From positions 43,710,001 through 43,774,000 of the forward strand of contig NC_043006.1 in assembly GCF_006345805.1 (NCBI RefSeq): DNA of 64,000 nucleotides, read 5' to 3'. Within the stretch, counting starts at the first letter, position 1; each line of letters begins with the position of its first letter. Under the pieces are notes generated by a model. The model did not search any database, was not told the origin of the DNA, and saw nothing but the letters and a program-made list of their open reading frames with translations. The position numbers and the translations under genes were made by a program. Below, piece by piece: positions 1 through 12,075 of the stretch. The stretch comes from Octopus sinensis (taxonomy: Eukaryota).

Positions 1-748
1 AAAAACAGTCACTGGTCTGATACAGATATATTACGCAGATTAGTTTCAAATTCTACTTTCTTTGCAAAAAATGCCACAGCTTTCTTATGTCACCCAATTC
101 TTCATACTTAATCAAAAAAGATCCAGAAAAATATAAACGCCAACAAATAGTCTTTCTTGACCATTTCTTTTACAATTTTTATCGATGCGGATAAACTAAA
201 GCCAGAAATGACGTGTTGCTTGTAACTGCAGTAAGAAAGCACTTTCTGATCTATACATCATAAAACACACAGATCTCTGATAACAATTCACTGATATCAA
301 AAATGTAGCAATGATTAATGATTAATGATTCGACAAAATCTTGTGAGAAATAGTTTCTAAAAGTCAAATAGATAAACCTATTAGCTTATGACTAGGTTGA
401 GAAAATTAATCAAAGGACAAAAGCCATGACCTGCTGGCCCACTAAATCAACAAGATATACGCTAGCTAATCCTCCACCCTATCACTATTTAGTGGACAAT
501 AATGAAAATTGATCTTTAAAAATTAAGAAAAGTAATTAAGAAAATCATGTTTAAATCTTAGTGAGTCAATATAGCATATCTAAAAGGCCATTACCATTTC
601 ATAATTCACAATCTATTGGCAGTTTTACTAGCAGTAAATTTATCTTTCCCTAGCTGCAGTTTCATAGTATCATTATTACAGGAGTGTAGAAAATGTTGAT
701 GATGTGCAAATAAGTATATCATGACTATTGTGACAGTAATAAACGCTA

Positions 749-1015
749 TCATTCATCAACAGTTATGTTAACAACATATTTTAAGTCTATTCTGTTATAT
801 AGCAAGCAGCTCTCAAAATCAGAAGACTCTGTAACGACTTCATTAATTCTTAATATGCTGAGATAGTCGGAACTTTGTAGTATATTACCGCAAAGGCTTC
901 TATCGCTAAACCAACTGTCACCCATAACCAGCACATAAAGCGTTTTGTTGTTTGGCTTAAATTCGCCATAGTATTGAGATGGAGAGAAATTTATGACAAT
1001 AAATATGAATAACAA
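749..1015 (-). pseudogene. Possible degenerate Ig-like (I-set/C2) domain fragment
   Basis: 88-codon ORF in CpG-containing unique DNA. LRINEVVTESSDFESCLLYNRIDLKYVVNITV fits the spacing L-x-I-x-x-V...C-x-x-x-N...L-x-V of the Ig C-terminal half, and there is an upstream W (SWF). The first Cys and the D-x-G-x-Y residues are not conserved, and no in-frame splice acceptor was found. Confidence 0.3.
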
Positions 1016-1870
1016 GCTCCATCAACATTTCTGCCAAATAAAATTACAACTTAGTCAATAGGTTTTAAGACATCAGATCATGTAAGTGCAAATGTGTGAA
1101 TATTTGAATCCAGCCAAAAGCAAGTTGTTCGCACGCAACAGATATAGGTTGTCTAGATAGAAAATCAAGGGAGATAGAAATCTGTGAAAGAAAAAAAAAA
1201 TCAAAAATTTTCTTTCTTTTAAAACAAAACTGGTTGACAAGCCAAGGTAGGATTTGCTATACTGTTGCTCAAATTGTTAGAAAATGTAACCAAAATTTCC
1301 CTCAGTTATAATCTCTGTCATTAAAAAAAAAAGATAAAAACAAAGGACACATTGGATAATGTAATCCTGGGTACACTGAACTTGATGAAGACACGCTGGC
1401 CCTTGTTGCCATGCTTTTGATTGGAGGTCAACTAACTTGGAGGCTAAATAATGACAACCTTACTATTTGAAGATTATCAACAGAAAGGGACTAAAGTGAG
1501 AAAAGTATCTTTTATGATACTCTATGATATTTGCAGCAGGAATATATCTCAGTACATGACTTACACAGATGATAGGGTCAGGGGGTAATGTGTACTGACC
1601 TGTGTCCAGAGAGAATATTTTCAATGACGAAAATATCTTCACATAAGGAAGATCTGTATATGCAAATATAACAACAATCATGATTTGCTTTTATTTGACA
1701 CAAGGTATAGCAGTGAGTATAGTAAACCCTAGACATTACATGAAGGATTACAATTACACTAATTGCAATCAAAAAGAAAAGAAAACAACTAGAAAAACTG
1801 CAAAAAATTAGACTTTTCAGAAGAGGATCAAAAAGATTGAAATATTTATGCTGTCATCATGAACATTAGC

Positions 1871-2271
1871 GTAGGGGTACGTGTGGCTGTGTGGTAAGTA
1901 GCTTGCTTACCAGCCACATGGTTCCGAGTTCAGTCCTACTGCGTGGAACCTTGGGCAAGTGTCTTCTACTATAGCCTCGGGCCAACAAAAGCTTTGTGAG
2001 TGGATTTGGTAGATGGAAACTGATAGAAGCCCATAGTATATATGTATACATATATATATGTACATGTGTGTGTATGTTTGTGTTGCTGTGTTTGTCCTAC
2101 CAACATTGCTTGACAATGGTGTGTTTACGTCCCCGTAACTTAGCGGTTCGGCAAAAGTGACTGATAGAATAAGAACTAGGGTTACAAAGAATAAGTCCTG
2201 GGTTGATTTGCTCGACTAAAGGTGGTGCTCCAGCATGGCCACAGTCAAATGACTGAAACAAGTAAAAGAGT
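1871..2271 (+). mobile_element. tRNA-derived SINE, family A (head + (TA/TG)n core + tail), full length
   Basis: Head GTGGCTGTGTGGTAAG...GTTCAGTCC, internal microsatellite, tail ...GGTGCTCCAGCATGGCCACAGTCAAATGACTGAAACAAGTAAAAGAG. Flanked by ATTAGC (1865-1870 and 2272-2277). More than 10 related copies occur in this window. Confidence 0.9.
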
Positions 2272-3430
2272 ATTAGCTATATACACACAAAAAAATAAAA
2301 ATTCAACTAGCTCTTTGATCATAGCTTGTTGGGATCCTCCTTCTACAACATAATGACCACCACAACTTCCACTACTACTGATTCTGGCAAGAATGAGAGT
2401 GTTAATAATGATGGTTTCGCTTGACTGAAACACCGAGACGCCAAGCCCAGTTTTTTGTTACGCCAGTGAGTTTTGAACTCAAAACATAAGACAACCAACA
2501 CTGTACAGTAAAGTAATTTTAGTCTGATGATACAATGTTTCCATAATACCAACAGAAGTGAAATTATCATTCCCCACCCTCCCACCACCAGTAAATAAAT
2601 AAATAAATACATCTCCCAAGTAAATTAATGAAAGTTTAAGCCACCACAAAAACAAAACCAAAACAAAGAGAAGGCAGTTTAACAGCACACATTAGCATCT
2701 TACATTGAAAACCAATTAAGTATGAGTAGACTCAAAAATGTAACCAGAAAATACACAATAGATGAAGTAGCTGCTTACACCGATTTTAATTGTTGTTGAA
2801 TTTCAATCTAGGATTGTATTTCTGGTCTTTCAGTTGGTTTTTAATGATTTTGTTATCGTTACAATTTTTTCCTGCTTTGTTTTGCAGATTAAATTATTTT
2901 TTGCTTTGTTTGTTTGTTTGTACTGTATTTAGATTTTTTTTTTTTTTGTTTCGTTATTTTTTTTTAACCCATTGTTGTTGCCTTACAATTGTATCATATA
3001 AACAAAAGGACACAGTTTTCAAAACGATAAGGTAAACATTGACAACACTCCTATGTTTTGGTTTTTCTTTCCTTAAAGGACAACCAACAAAGGTGCTACT
3101 TGCAACACAGAAACATAATTCCCATCATTTTAATTAGTGTACACATGGAGAAATGCATTGTCAGAGGAAAGGGAAGAAAAATAATCACAGAGACAGAGAA
3201 GAGAGTGGAGAAGAAAAGACCAAAGGGGGTGGAGCGAAAAATTTTTTTACAATGTTAGTATACAGTGGATGACTCTACAAATTTACAAAATTACATGAAG
3301 TATTTTTTTTTGTCTGATATTTTCAATTCTATTATAATTCTCACTTATTAAATCACCTCCCACTATAAACACAGCCAAGCCACGTTAAGAAAAGAAATGT
3401 AAGAAGATTCTCTCAGCATAATTCTATTGA

Positions 3431-3877
3431 CACATCATCATCATCCAGTGTTTTAAATCCGGGTTTTGTCCCCGTTAATGGGGTTGGCCAGATCTACCTC
3501 AATGCCATAGCAACCGCCTTCACACCATCTCACCCAGTTTTGGGCGTCCTCCTTTTTCAAACCTACCCTCTGCCCTCACACCATCTTACCAGATTTTGGG
3601 CGTCCTCCTTTTTCAAACCAACCCTCCCAATCTCCTCCCCCACCTGTCCTCTCTATCTTTTCCACGGTCTACCTCGCTTTCACGCTCCATTTACCTCAAA
3701 CGCAATCACCTTCCTCGGACCATGCTCTTCATCCCTCCTCAACACATGTCCACACCACCTCACTCCATTTACCCTTGCCAAACATTCTACCGCTTCCGCC
3801 AGCCCCAGCATCCCCATCAAGTCCTCAATCATCCTCTTACCAAACAGCTTCATCCCACACATTTCTCTCACCATTAC
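3431..3877 (-). mobile_element. 5'-truncated RTE-clade LINE (ORF2 C-terminus, 3' UTR, (GAT)n tail)
   Basis: Translation ERVMVREMCGMKL...RVNGVRWCGHVLRRDEEHGPRKVIAFEVNGA resembles the RTE RT C-terminus (RWYGHVLRR motif). (CAT)n tail on the plus strand at about 3433. 22-bp TSD TCTCTCAGCATAATTC(T/C)ATTGA at 3409-3430 and 3878-3899. Confidence 0.9.
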
Positions 3878-3914
3878 TCTCTCAGCATAATTCCATTGAA
3901 ACAATAGAATGATA

Positions 3915-4290
3915 CTCCTTCTTTTGCTAATGTCAGTCATTGGACTGCAGCTATGTTGGGGCACTTCCTAGAAGGGTTTAGTCAAACAAAATTAATCCCC
4001 ATACCTATTTTTCGTTAATCCTCTGTTTTGCACAACCACTAAGCTACAGGGATATAAATAAACCAACACCAGTTACTAGACAATGGTGGGGGAAGAACAC
4101 AACACATGCACACATACAGTGGGCTTCCACACAGTTTCCAACTACCAAATTCACTCACAAGTTGCACTGATCAGACAGGAATTATAATAGAAGGTATTTG
4201 CTCAAGCTACCATGCAGTGGGACTGAACTTGAAATCATGTAGTTGTAAAGGGAACTTCTTACCCACACAGCCATACCAGCACCTTGCCAT
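3915..4290 (-). mobile_element. SINE family A, diverged copy
   Basis: Reverse complement of the family A tail and head (CAGTCATTGGACTGCAGC...CCACACAGCC). Confidence 0.75.
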
Positions 4291-4324
4291 ATTTGCCATA
4301 TGATAAACACTAATTATTGATTTA

Positions 4325-4935
4325 TTTAAGACACAGCCATGACTGTATGATTAAGAAGCTTGCTTGGGTTCAGTTCACTTGAGTGGTACATTGGCCAAGT
4401 GTCTTCAACCCTGGGCCAACTAATGCCTTAAGAGTGAATTTGGTAGACAAAAACTGAGTGGCAGCGAGCTGGCAGAACTGTTAGCATGCCGGGCGAAATG
4501 CTTGACGGTATTTCATCTGCCATTACATTCTGAGTTCAAAATTCTGCCGAGGTTTGACTTTGCCTTTCATCCTTTCGGGGTCGATAAATTAACTACCAGT
4601 TATGCACTGGGGTCGATATAATCAACTTAAGCCGTTTGTCTGTCCTTGTTTGTCCCCTCTATGTTTAGTCCCTTGTGGGCAATAAAGAAATAAGAAACTG
4701 AGTGGAGAGCTAGTGTGCGTATCTATGTCTGCATCTTTGTCTCCTTCCCCACTCGCACCACTTGACAAACAGTGTTGGTTTGTTTATGTCCTTGTGCCTC
4801 AGTGGTTCAACAAAAGAAACCACTAGAGTAAGTGCCAAACTCAAAAAATAGGTGCTAGGGTCAATTTATTTGAGCAAAGCCCTTCAAGGCGGATCCCAGC
4901 ATGGCTGCAGTCCAATGACTGCAACAAGTACAAGA
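4325..4935 (+). mobile_element. SINE family A, diverged, split by a family B insertion
   Basis: Family A head at 4325-4459, with body and tail resuming after 4703. Confidence 0.75.
4460..4694 (+). mobile_element. tRNA-derived SINE, family B, nested in family A
   Basis: GGCAGCGAGCTGGCAGAA head, GAGTTCAAA B-box-like segment, CCTTTCATCCTTTCGGGGTCGATAAATT central domain. 9-bp TSD AAACTGAGT at 4451-4459 and 4695-4703. Confidence 0.9.
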
Positions 4936-6469
4936 TACAATATAAATCTTCAGTGGGGACAATATTTTACAGCGATGTAACTTTTCCAATTAGTCCAAAT
5001 ATAAGCCACTTAAGATTAAATGCTGATTTAACAGATTTAACTTTTGTTTTAGTGCATATGCTGTTGAGCACAAAATTAGGTTTCATACATATTCAACAAT
5101 GAATTACATATTTTATTAGCTTTAATAAACCAAAATCCTGCATATTACTAACTTTTATTCATTCCTAATATTTTTGTGTAAACGCATTTGTCACAGGAAA
5201 GCGTATATGAAAATTATCTCTGGATTAAGTTTAAAAAAAAATAATAATAATAATCATTATTTTTAAGATAAGCAGTTTGAACCAAATTTAAATAAAAAGA
5301 CTTTAAATTTTAATCTTTTTGGTTTTTTTTTTTTCATTGTTTTATATAATATTAGGTTGCATTGAAGTAAATTTTGATGACATGACATTTTGACAAAAGT
5401 AGAATTTTTCCGGAGTTAATTGCTATATTAAAACTCTTACAATGCCAGCTGATAAGAAGAAAATAAAATAAAAAAGAAATGGTTTTATTTAAGAAGTGAT
5501 TTATCACAAAGTGAAAAATGGCCCATCAAAAATGAAAAGAGGGAAATATTGACAGTGAAAACAGCATGTCATTAAAAACCATCAATATTTCGATGGAAAT
5601 ACTAAAATAGTTTTAACATATTTGTAAATTATTATTATTATCTTTGATAATTAAAATTTTGTTTCTAAAATCTCTACAAAAGGAATATTATGTTACAATG
5701 TATTTGTGGTTGATTTAAATTTTATATACATAATGTCTACATATTAATTTGAACTGGTCATAAAGACAAGGAATGGTGAATAATGATATTTGCAGCCAGT
5801 AAATTGTTGAAAATTATATATCCAACCAAAATAATGAATTGGCTATTGGTTTATAGTGGAAATAAAATAATAATAATAAAAAAACAAATTTGAAGAAAAA
5901 TAAATCTGTTAAAATCTATAAAACTCGAAAAATATAAAGAAAAGTAAAAAAAAAAAAAAGCCAAAGAGCCATATATTTTCATGGGAATGTAGCAATAAAA
6001 ATTTCCTGTGAAGCTAACAAGAATAAATAAAATCTCATGTATGCATGGTGCTAACAAATATCAGAACATGGAAGCTAGATTGGAAAATGACAATAAAGTA
6101 TAAATCAAAGACAGAATTCATGCAAAGCGGAGGCAAAATAAATTTGTCAGAGACTAAATAGAGAAGCAGGATGGAAGAGGAGGGAGCCATTGGGAGGGGC
6201 AGGGACTAGGTTTTCAACAGGAGATGAAGGGAAACAAACGAATAAACAAACAAGATTGTTGCTCAACATTGTAAGGGGTTCGGGGGTGGGGTGGGGCTGA
6301 GGAAGTGTGTTGAACAGATTGGGGTGGGATAAGAGGGAAAAGAAAGTCTATGTAAAACAGATATATTAAAGAATTAGCCAAGAAGTTGGTAGTAAAACTG
6401 AAATACAAGGGGTTGCTTATATTTCAAATAAAAATCATTCCTCACAAATTCTCATCCTTTACATGGATA

Positions 6470-6833
6470 GGTGTGTGTGTGTGTGTGTGTGTGTGTAAAT
6501 ACATTAGTGAATGCACACATACACACAAATGTGTGTGTGTGTACATGCATTTATATACTTATACATGTATATTGGATGTAAATATGATTGTGTATGTATG
6601 TGTATGCATACAGATATGTATATATATACAAGCGCATGTACAAATATATATACATATGTAAACATATACTTATAAACATACACTCAGATATTTATAAATG
6701 TGCATTTGTGTAATTGTGCGTGTGTCTGCATATACATATATATATATAAATGCATATATAAATATGATATATACATATGTAAACATACACACAATTATAT
6801 ATGTTTATTTGTGTGAGATTGTGTGCATATATA

Positions 6834-6899
<66 letters not shown>

Positions 6900-6960
6900 T
6901 ACAAATATATACATACATGCATAGTTATACACAGGCACATATTTACGCATACTGTTTTCA
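6470..6960. repeat. Compound (TG)n/(TA)n microsatellite tract
   Basis: Directly visible; explains the CV/YI/HT-rich ORFs in the track. Confidence 0.95.
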
Positions 6961-7032
6961 TAAATCTTAAAAGTTGTTTTGTGAATTTTATTTTCCACTG
7001 TAAGATGAACACAAAAAAAAAATATTAAAAAA

Positions 7033-7096
7033 AGAAGAAAAAAAAAACAAAGCAGGAAAAAGAAGAAAAAAAAAACAAAGCAGGAAAAAGAAGAAA
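7033..7096. repeat. Perfect 28-bp tandem duplication
   Basis: AGAAGAAAAAAAAAACAAAGCAGGAAAA at 7033-7060 and 7061-7088, plus a partial third unit. Confidence 0.9.
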
Positions 7097-7549
7097 GCCA
7101 AAAAAATTCAACAACGAAGCAATGTCTGTTGATGGATAACCTGGATAAGCATGAGAGAATAAAGTGAGAAAGGGAAATTCTATGAGAATAGCGCTGACGA
7201 AGACCAAAGACTCAAACAAAGCACATAGAAGAATTACATATATAAAGAAAGATAGGAAAATAAATATTTGATAAAGAGGCAGTATGAAGATGCAGACATT
7301 AAGAGATGGAGAAACAGACATACATACACACATATATGTATGTGTATATATATGTGTGTGTATATATATATATATATATATGGATATACACAAGTATGCA
7401 CTCTAACCAAATGAGTACGAACACTAATATGCATTCAACTATACACACTCACATACAATAATCTCTCTCTCTCCCTCTCACACACACATATAATTGGAAG
7501 GCAAATGAAAACGAACAAATAGTGGGGAAAATATAGATATTACATTCTC

Positions 7550-7930
7550 ATAGAGAAATCTATGAAATGTAGATAAATCTGCAGTATAGACAAACGCATC
7601 GCACATATCACGCAAACATCAATACAACGGAATACATTATAGATATTACGCATATAGTCCCAATAATACCATTATCAATATTAGGAAGGTGAGTGCCAGC
7701 AGAGCCAAAGTAAGTACCCCATTAACAAGAATACCCATCCATTTTTGATTCTCAGTTGGAACCATCTCTCACATTCTTCCCATCACTCTTGTTGGGAAAC
7801 ACATGGGTATCACAACATAACACTTTTCAATACAGCGTTAGATACATTATACAACCGCATCATTAATACATCATTTTTATGTCTACTCTTCCATGTTGGT
7901 ATGGGTTGCACAAAGCGAAAGTTTATGTGC
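7550..7930 (-). pseudogene. Possible decayed Toll-like receptor C-terminal remnant (LRRCT-TM-TIR box 1 like)
   Basis: One frame reads PTRVMGRM*EMVPTENQKW-MGILVNGVLTLALLALTFLILIMVLLGLYA*YL*CIPLY*CLRDMCDAFVY. Adjacent frames give KLSL/CNPY, CGC and YPCVS. Several stops and frameshifts are required. Confidence 0.25.
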
Positions 7931-8789
7931 ACGTGCACATGTGTGTATGTGTGTGTGTGTGTGCATGTGTGTTGGGAGGGGTAAGAAACCCCATATATCA
8001 TAGATCCAAGTGGCCACTTCACGCCATACATTGTTCTCAGTAAGTTCTGGTCAGTAGCAGTCTGAATCCATATCAAAGAATAACAATACTTCACTGCTGA
8101 AATGCAATTGTAAACTTAATCTCCACTTGTCATTCTGGTCTATAGAATTATGGAATTCAGGATGAGAAATCTGTCTGGAATTTCTTAGAGTAAGTTTAGA
8201 AAGGTTTAGAAGAAACAAAAGGAAGGAATTTAGTTTAAAGGCTTCATGCTTCTGAAATAATATAGATTAGAATTAGTGAAGAATCTAAGCTTTCATGTGG
8301 AGGCTCAACCTTCTAAACATAGCACTTAGATTGCCCTCAAATCATCCTAACATATTGAAAAGAAAGTACAGACTAAAAAAACATGGTCTTTGACAGAATG
8401 CCTGGTGGGTAGGAGTGTGGTGATGGTGATGGTGAGGAGTAAACAAAGTTGGACTGCCTTTCACCATAAGTCTGTTCTATGAAGCATAATTTGGGGGTTA
8501 ATCAAATGACAGTGCAATACACGTAAACCCAATATTTTGCAATGAAGATATTGAGCCTGATAGCTGGATCACAATATTATTTTTATATATGCACATACAT
8601 ACTGCAAACCCACTTATATGTACACACACATGTGTGCATTCCTACAAAACTCGATGTAGGACATGTCATTTATTTCTGTTTTCAGCAACATTTCACTGAA
8701 TTTCAAAGATTTCTTGATACAATGATTTTATCTTGTCAATCAGATTTGTCACATTTAAATTAACTTATTGGCAAGATTTATTATCGCTA

Positions 8790-9000
8790 TTGTTTTAATG
8801 CACACCTTTCCACGCTTGGAAAGGTCAAACAGAACTTGTTGAGATGTATGTTCTATGCCCGGTCACTAATCCTCACCCATTTCCAAATAAGCTAACATGA
8901 CAAGACAGGCTTTTATGAAAGACTGGCAATGAACAACATCTCTTGTATGGCAGTGGTACTTATTTACATCTATCAGACAATGTTCAAAACAGGGAACACA
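8790..9000 (-). mobile_element. Retroposon 3' fragment, family D, diverged
   Basis: Similar to 44432-44690 (TTGTTGAG...GAAGACTG...GGTGGCACTTGTTTACA...TCAAG). Confidence 0.55.
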
Positions 9001-9122
9001 ACATACACATGTACATACACATACAGAAACACATAAATACATATATATATACATTATATGATGAGCTTATTTTCAGTTTCCATCAAGCAAATTCAATCGC
9101 CAAGCTTTGCTTGGTCCAGGGA

Positions 9123-9337
9123 CACCTTTGATACCAACCTACCTGAAGCTGCTCATGGTTTTATGATACAAACTTCTCATTCTAAAGTAATCTAACTTAA
9201 AACCTTACATCAAAATTTTGTGTTAATTTATGTCCCAAACACCAATAAAAAGTTACTTCCATAAATTTTTTTGTGTTTTGAAATTAATGGTAACATAGGT
9301 AGAATTAGTCAACAGAAATATGGTAAGCGAAATGGTT
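9123..9337. mobile_element. Degraded TTAA-ended MITE (piggyBac-like)
   Basis: Ends ACCTTTGATACCAAC and TGGTAAGCGAAATGGTTAA. The internal TGTTAATTTATGTCCCAAACACC resembles the 25245-25490 copy. Confidence 0.5.
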
Positions 9338-9451
9338 AAGAACTTCTATCAGTAGGGCTTTGTTTGAGGTCACTAAATATTTATAACAAAACCACATCTT
9401 TGACATGTGTGTCTTGTATGGGTAATAAATAATGGAATAAAACAATTCAAA

Positions 9452-9656
9452 ATATTCCTTTCTACTCTAGGCACAAGGCCCGAAATTTGGGGGGGGAGTG
9501 CAGTCAATTTGATCGACCCCAGTACTTAATTTATCAACCCTGAAAGGATGAAAGGCAAAGTCGACCTCGGTGGAATTTGAACTCAGAACGTAAAGACAGA
9601 CGAAATACCATTAAGTATTTCACCCCATGTGCTAACATTTCTGCCACCTCACCGCC
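9452..9656 (-). mobile_element. SINE family B
   Basis: Reverse complement of the GGCGGTGAGGTGGCAGAA head, central domain and ...GGCCTTGTGCCTAGAGTAGAAAGGAAT tail. Confidence 0.9.
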
Positions 9657-10315
9657 TTTTAAATTCAAAATATTCCAATTCTGGTTATGGAACCACCCTA
9701 ATAGGTATCTTTCATCTTTTACTTGTTCCAGTCATTTAGATTATGGCCATACTGCAGCACCACCTTGAGAAAGGTGGTGCTCCAGCATGTACACACACAC
9801 AGAGTACATAGAAAAATCCAACAGAAACACACACGTGACAAAAAATGTTGTTATTTATGTTTATATTTGAGTGTAAATTATTTAACTACACCTATATCTA
9901 TTTCTATGCCCATAACTCACCCAATTGATTTTGTTTTCTAACCTCCATCTATAAAGAAGTTCTCAATACTAAGTTAGTAGAGCGAAAGGTATATTAAATT
10001 GTGAAACCTCCTTGTAACTTATTACTCTGAATTTAATTGCTGGGTGGGAGCAAACTTCAAAAAAAAAAAAAACCATTTACTTGCTCAACTATCTATCTAA
10101 CACACATACAAAGAAAGGAAGGAAGGAATTGTAGATAGATTTTTTTTTTCCTACCTCTGTCTATTGATTGAATGAATGAATGAATGAATGGATGGATGGG
10201 TGAATGGACGGGTAGTATGAATGAATTTTGGAAGGATGGATGGATGAATGGCAGGCTAGATAACTACATAGATAGGCAGACAGAAAGGCAATTACACAAA
10301 TAAATTGGAATGCAG

Positions 10316-10349
<34 letters not shown>

Positions 10350-11238
10350 CATATTTATATATATCTATATAGAAGCTGTTGTGTAGACAAATACACACTC
10401 TGACATATAAAAGCCTTTAGAACAGAAGCATTACAAGCTGGGTCCATTTGCAGAGAAGTTTTAAGAGATAAATTGGGGAGAGGGGTACTGCTCCAATATT
10501 TCGTATTTATGGGATTTCAGAATCACTGAGAATTTTGTGCTGTGTCCTGGCATTTACATTTTCCACCAATAAACTTATAAGGGCTGCAAAGAAATCAATT
10601 TATTGACGCAATTAGTCCCAAAGACTTATATTCAGTAATGGAAGATTTCAAGCTCTTTGGTTCTTCCTTATAGAAAGATTGCAGAGAGTTGATGAGGTAG
10701 GGTGGGGCTGGCAGTAATAAGGAAAATTGTCTGTGAAGATGAGAGAAGGGTAGGGCTATTGACTGGGACGGACTGATAACAGAGTTGCATTATAAAATGG
10801 TGCAGCAGAGAAATGCATGTTCTACAGGAGATAGCAAGAGTGGATGGAATTTTTGAGAAGAAGGTGTAGAAAAAAAAAAAGTGATTTGCAGGTAGAGGAA
10901 GGAAAATGATGGCAGAAGATATGTATATGAGATGAAGATAATAAGAAAAGAAAAAGTTTAAGAGAAATTGGCATAAAACCAAGAATGAGAAAGCCAAAGA
11001 GTTACTAGTAAAAGTTGGGGTGGGGGGGGGGAAGACCTCAAGGCTAAAAAGAATAATTTAAATGAAAGATATAATGTTTTGGACTCAACGGATGTTTTTA
11101 AAAACAGCCATGATGATGTTAAAAACAGGGCATCCAAGCATGTGTAAAAATAAATAAAACCTAACCCCAAAACATGTAAACATTAGGGAAATCCCATTAA
11201 AATGATAATAAAGCAGTTTATACAATCTCTCTTTCTCT

Positions 11239-11281
<43 letters not shown>

Positions 11282-11869
11282 TAAATTTGTATTTGCTTAG
11301 ACCAACTAAAATAACTTTAATGGAGCATGAGATATTAAAAGTTACAATTTTTTTTAAAGCAAACACATTCCCATTTTTAATAATTTCCATGCTGTGTACA
11401 GAGAGACAAAGAGAGAGAGACAGAGAGATAGAGAGAGACAGAGAGAGATATGAATTAAGAGAAAGTAACAGTTAATTACTTTACATCAGTCTCTAAATTT
11501 ATTTAAACAATGTTGATAGTGATAACAATGTCAACGACAATACTTGTTACTCAAGTCATCAAGCCTTAAATTTACAGAGAGAGAGAGAGGCAGGAACAAT
11601 TAAGACGCTGTCCTATTTAAACAGAAGGGAATGGTTGGCCTCAAATGGAAATAGAAACCAGCCTGCGGCACGAGTTCACTGAGAACTTACAACTGCAGCA
11701 CAGAGCCCACCGGAATAATAATGGAGATGATGATGGTAAACAAAAGGGAAAAAGAGTAAAGGATGGCGGGGTTGGAGCTTGCACGCACACATGTGCAAGT
11801 TATGTTTGTCGGCAGAGACAAATTCAAGAGAAAGCAAAAACCATAAAATTTTTATCATCCCTTCAGAGT

Positions 11870-12075
11870 TGTAATCCTTCAGAATTCAGATTACTCTGTC
11901 AAATGTATTGCCTATTTATTCGCATTGTTTTGAATCAATCATGCAATATCTCATAGCTTCAGGATTTCAACGATGTGATTGTTTACTTCTGTAATGACAT
12001 AGTAGGGTAGGTGTGAGAGGTAAGATCTGGCCAGTTTAAGCATAAGACAGGTAAAATACCTGGGCAAGATAAGGC
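11870..12075. mobile_element. Diverged copy of the piggyBac-like MITE seen at 33651-33869
   Basis: Shares TTCAGATTA, GTAGGGTAGGTGTGAGAG and ATCTGGCCAGTTT with the 33.7-kb element; the termini are decayed. Confidence 0.75.

Noticed and set aside
60-100. KKAVAFFAKK resembling the bacterial IS3 orfA C-terminus
   Set aside because: Short match bounded by stops, with no IS structure or bacterial context.
6386-7393. CV/YI/HT-rich and F/L-rich ORFs (and the many similar ORFs across the window)
   Set aside because: Translations of (TG)n, (TA)n, (GA)n and poly-T tracts.
7585-7688. Plus-strand exon (YRQTHRTYHANINTTEYIIDITHIVPIIPLSILGR, donor AAG|GTGAGT)
   Set aside because: Strong donor, but a poor pyrimidine tract and no recognisable product; kept only as an alternative to the TLR-remnant reading.
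10440-11000. Ancient LINE endonuclease remnant (IGG..NAR-like word)
   Set aside because: A single degenerate motif needing frameshifts; insufficient support.
11660-11692. miR-252-like GTGCCGCAGG on the minus strand
   Set aside because: Spacing to the TAAGT seed-like word is about 9 nt too long; no hairpin.
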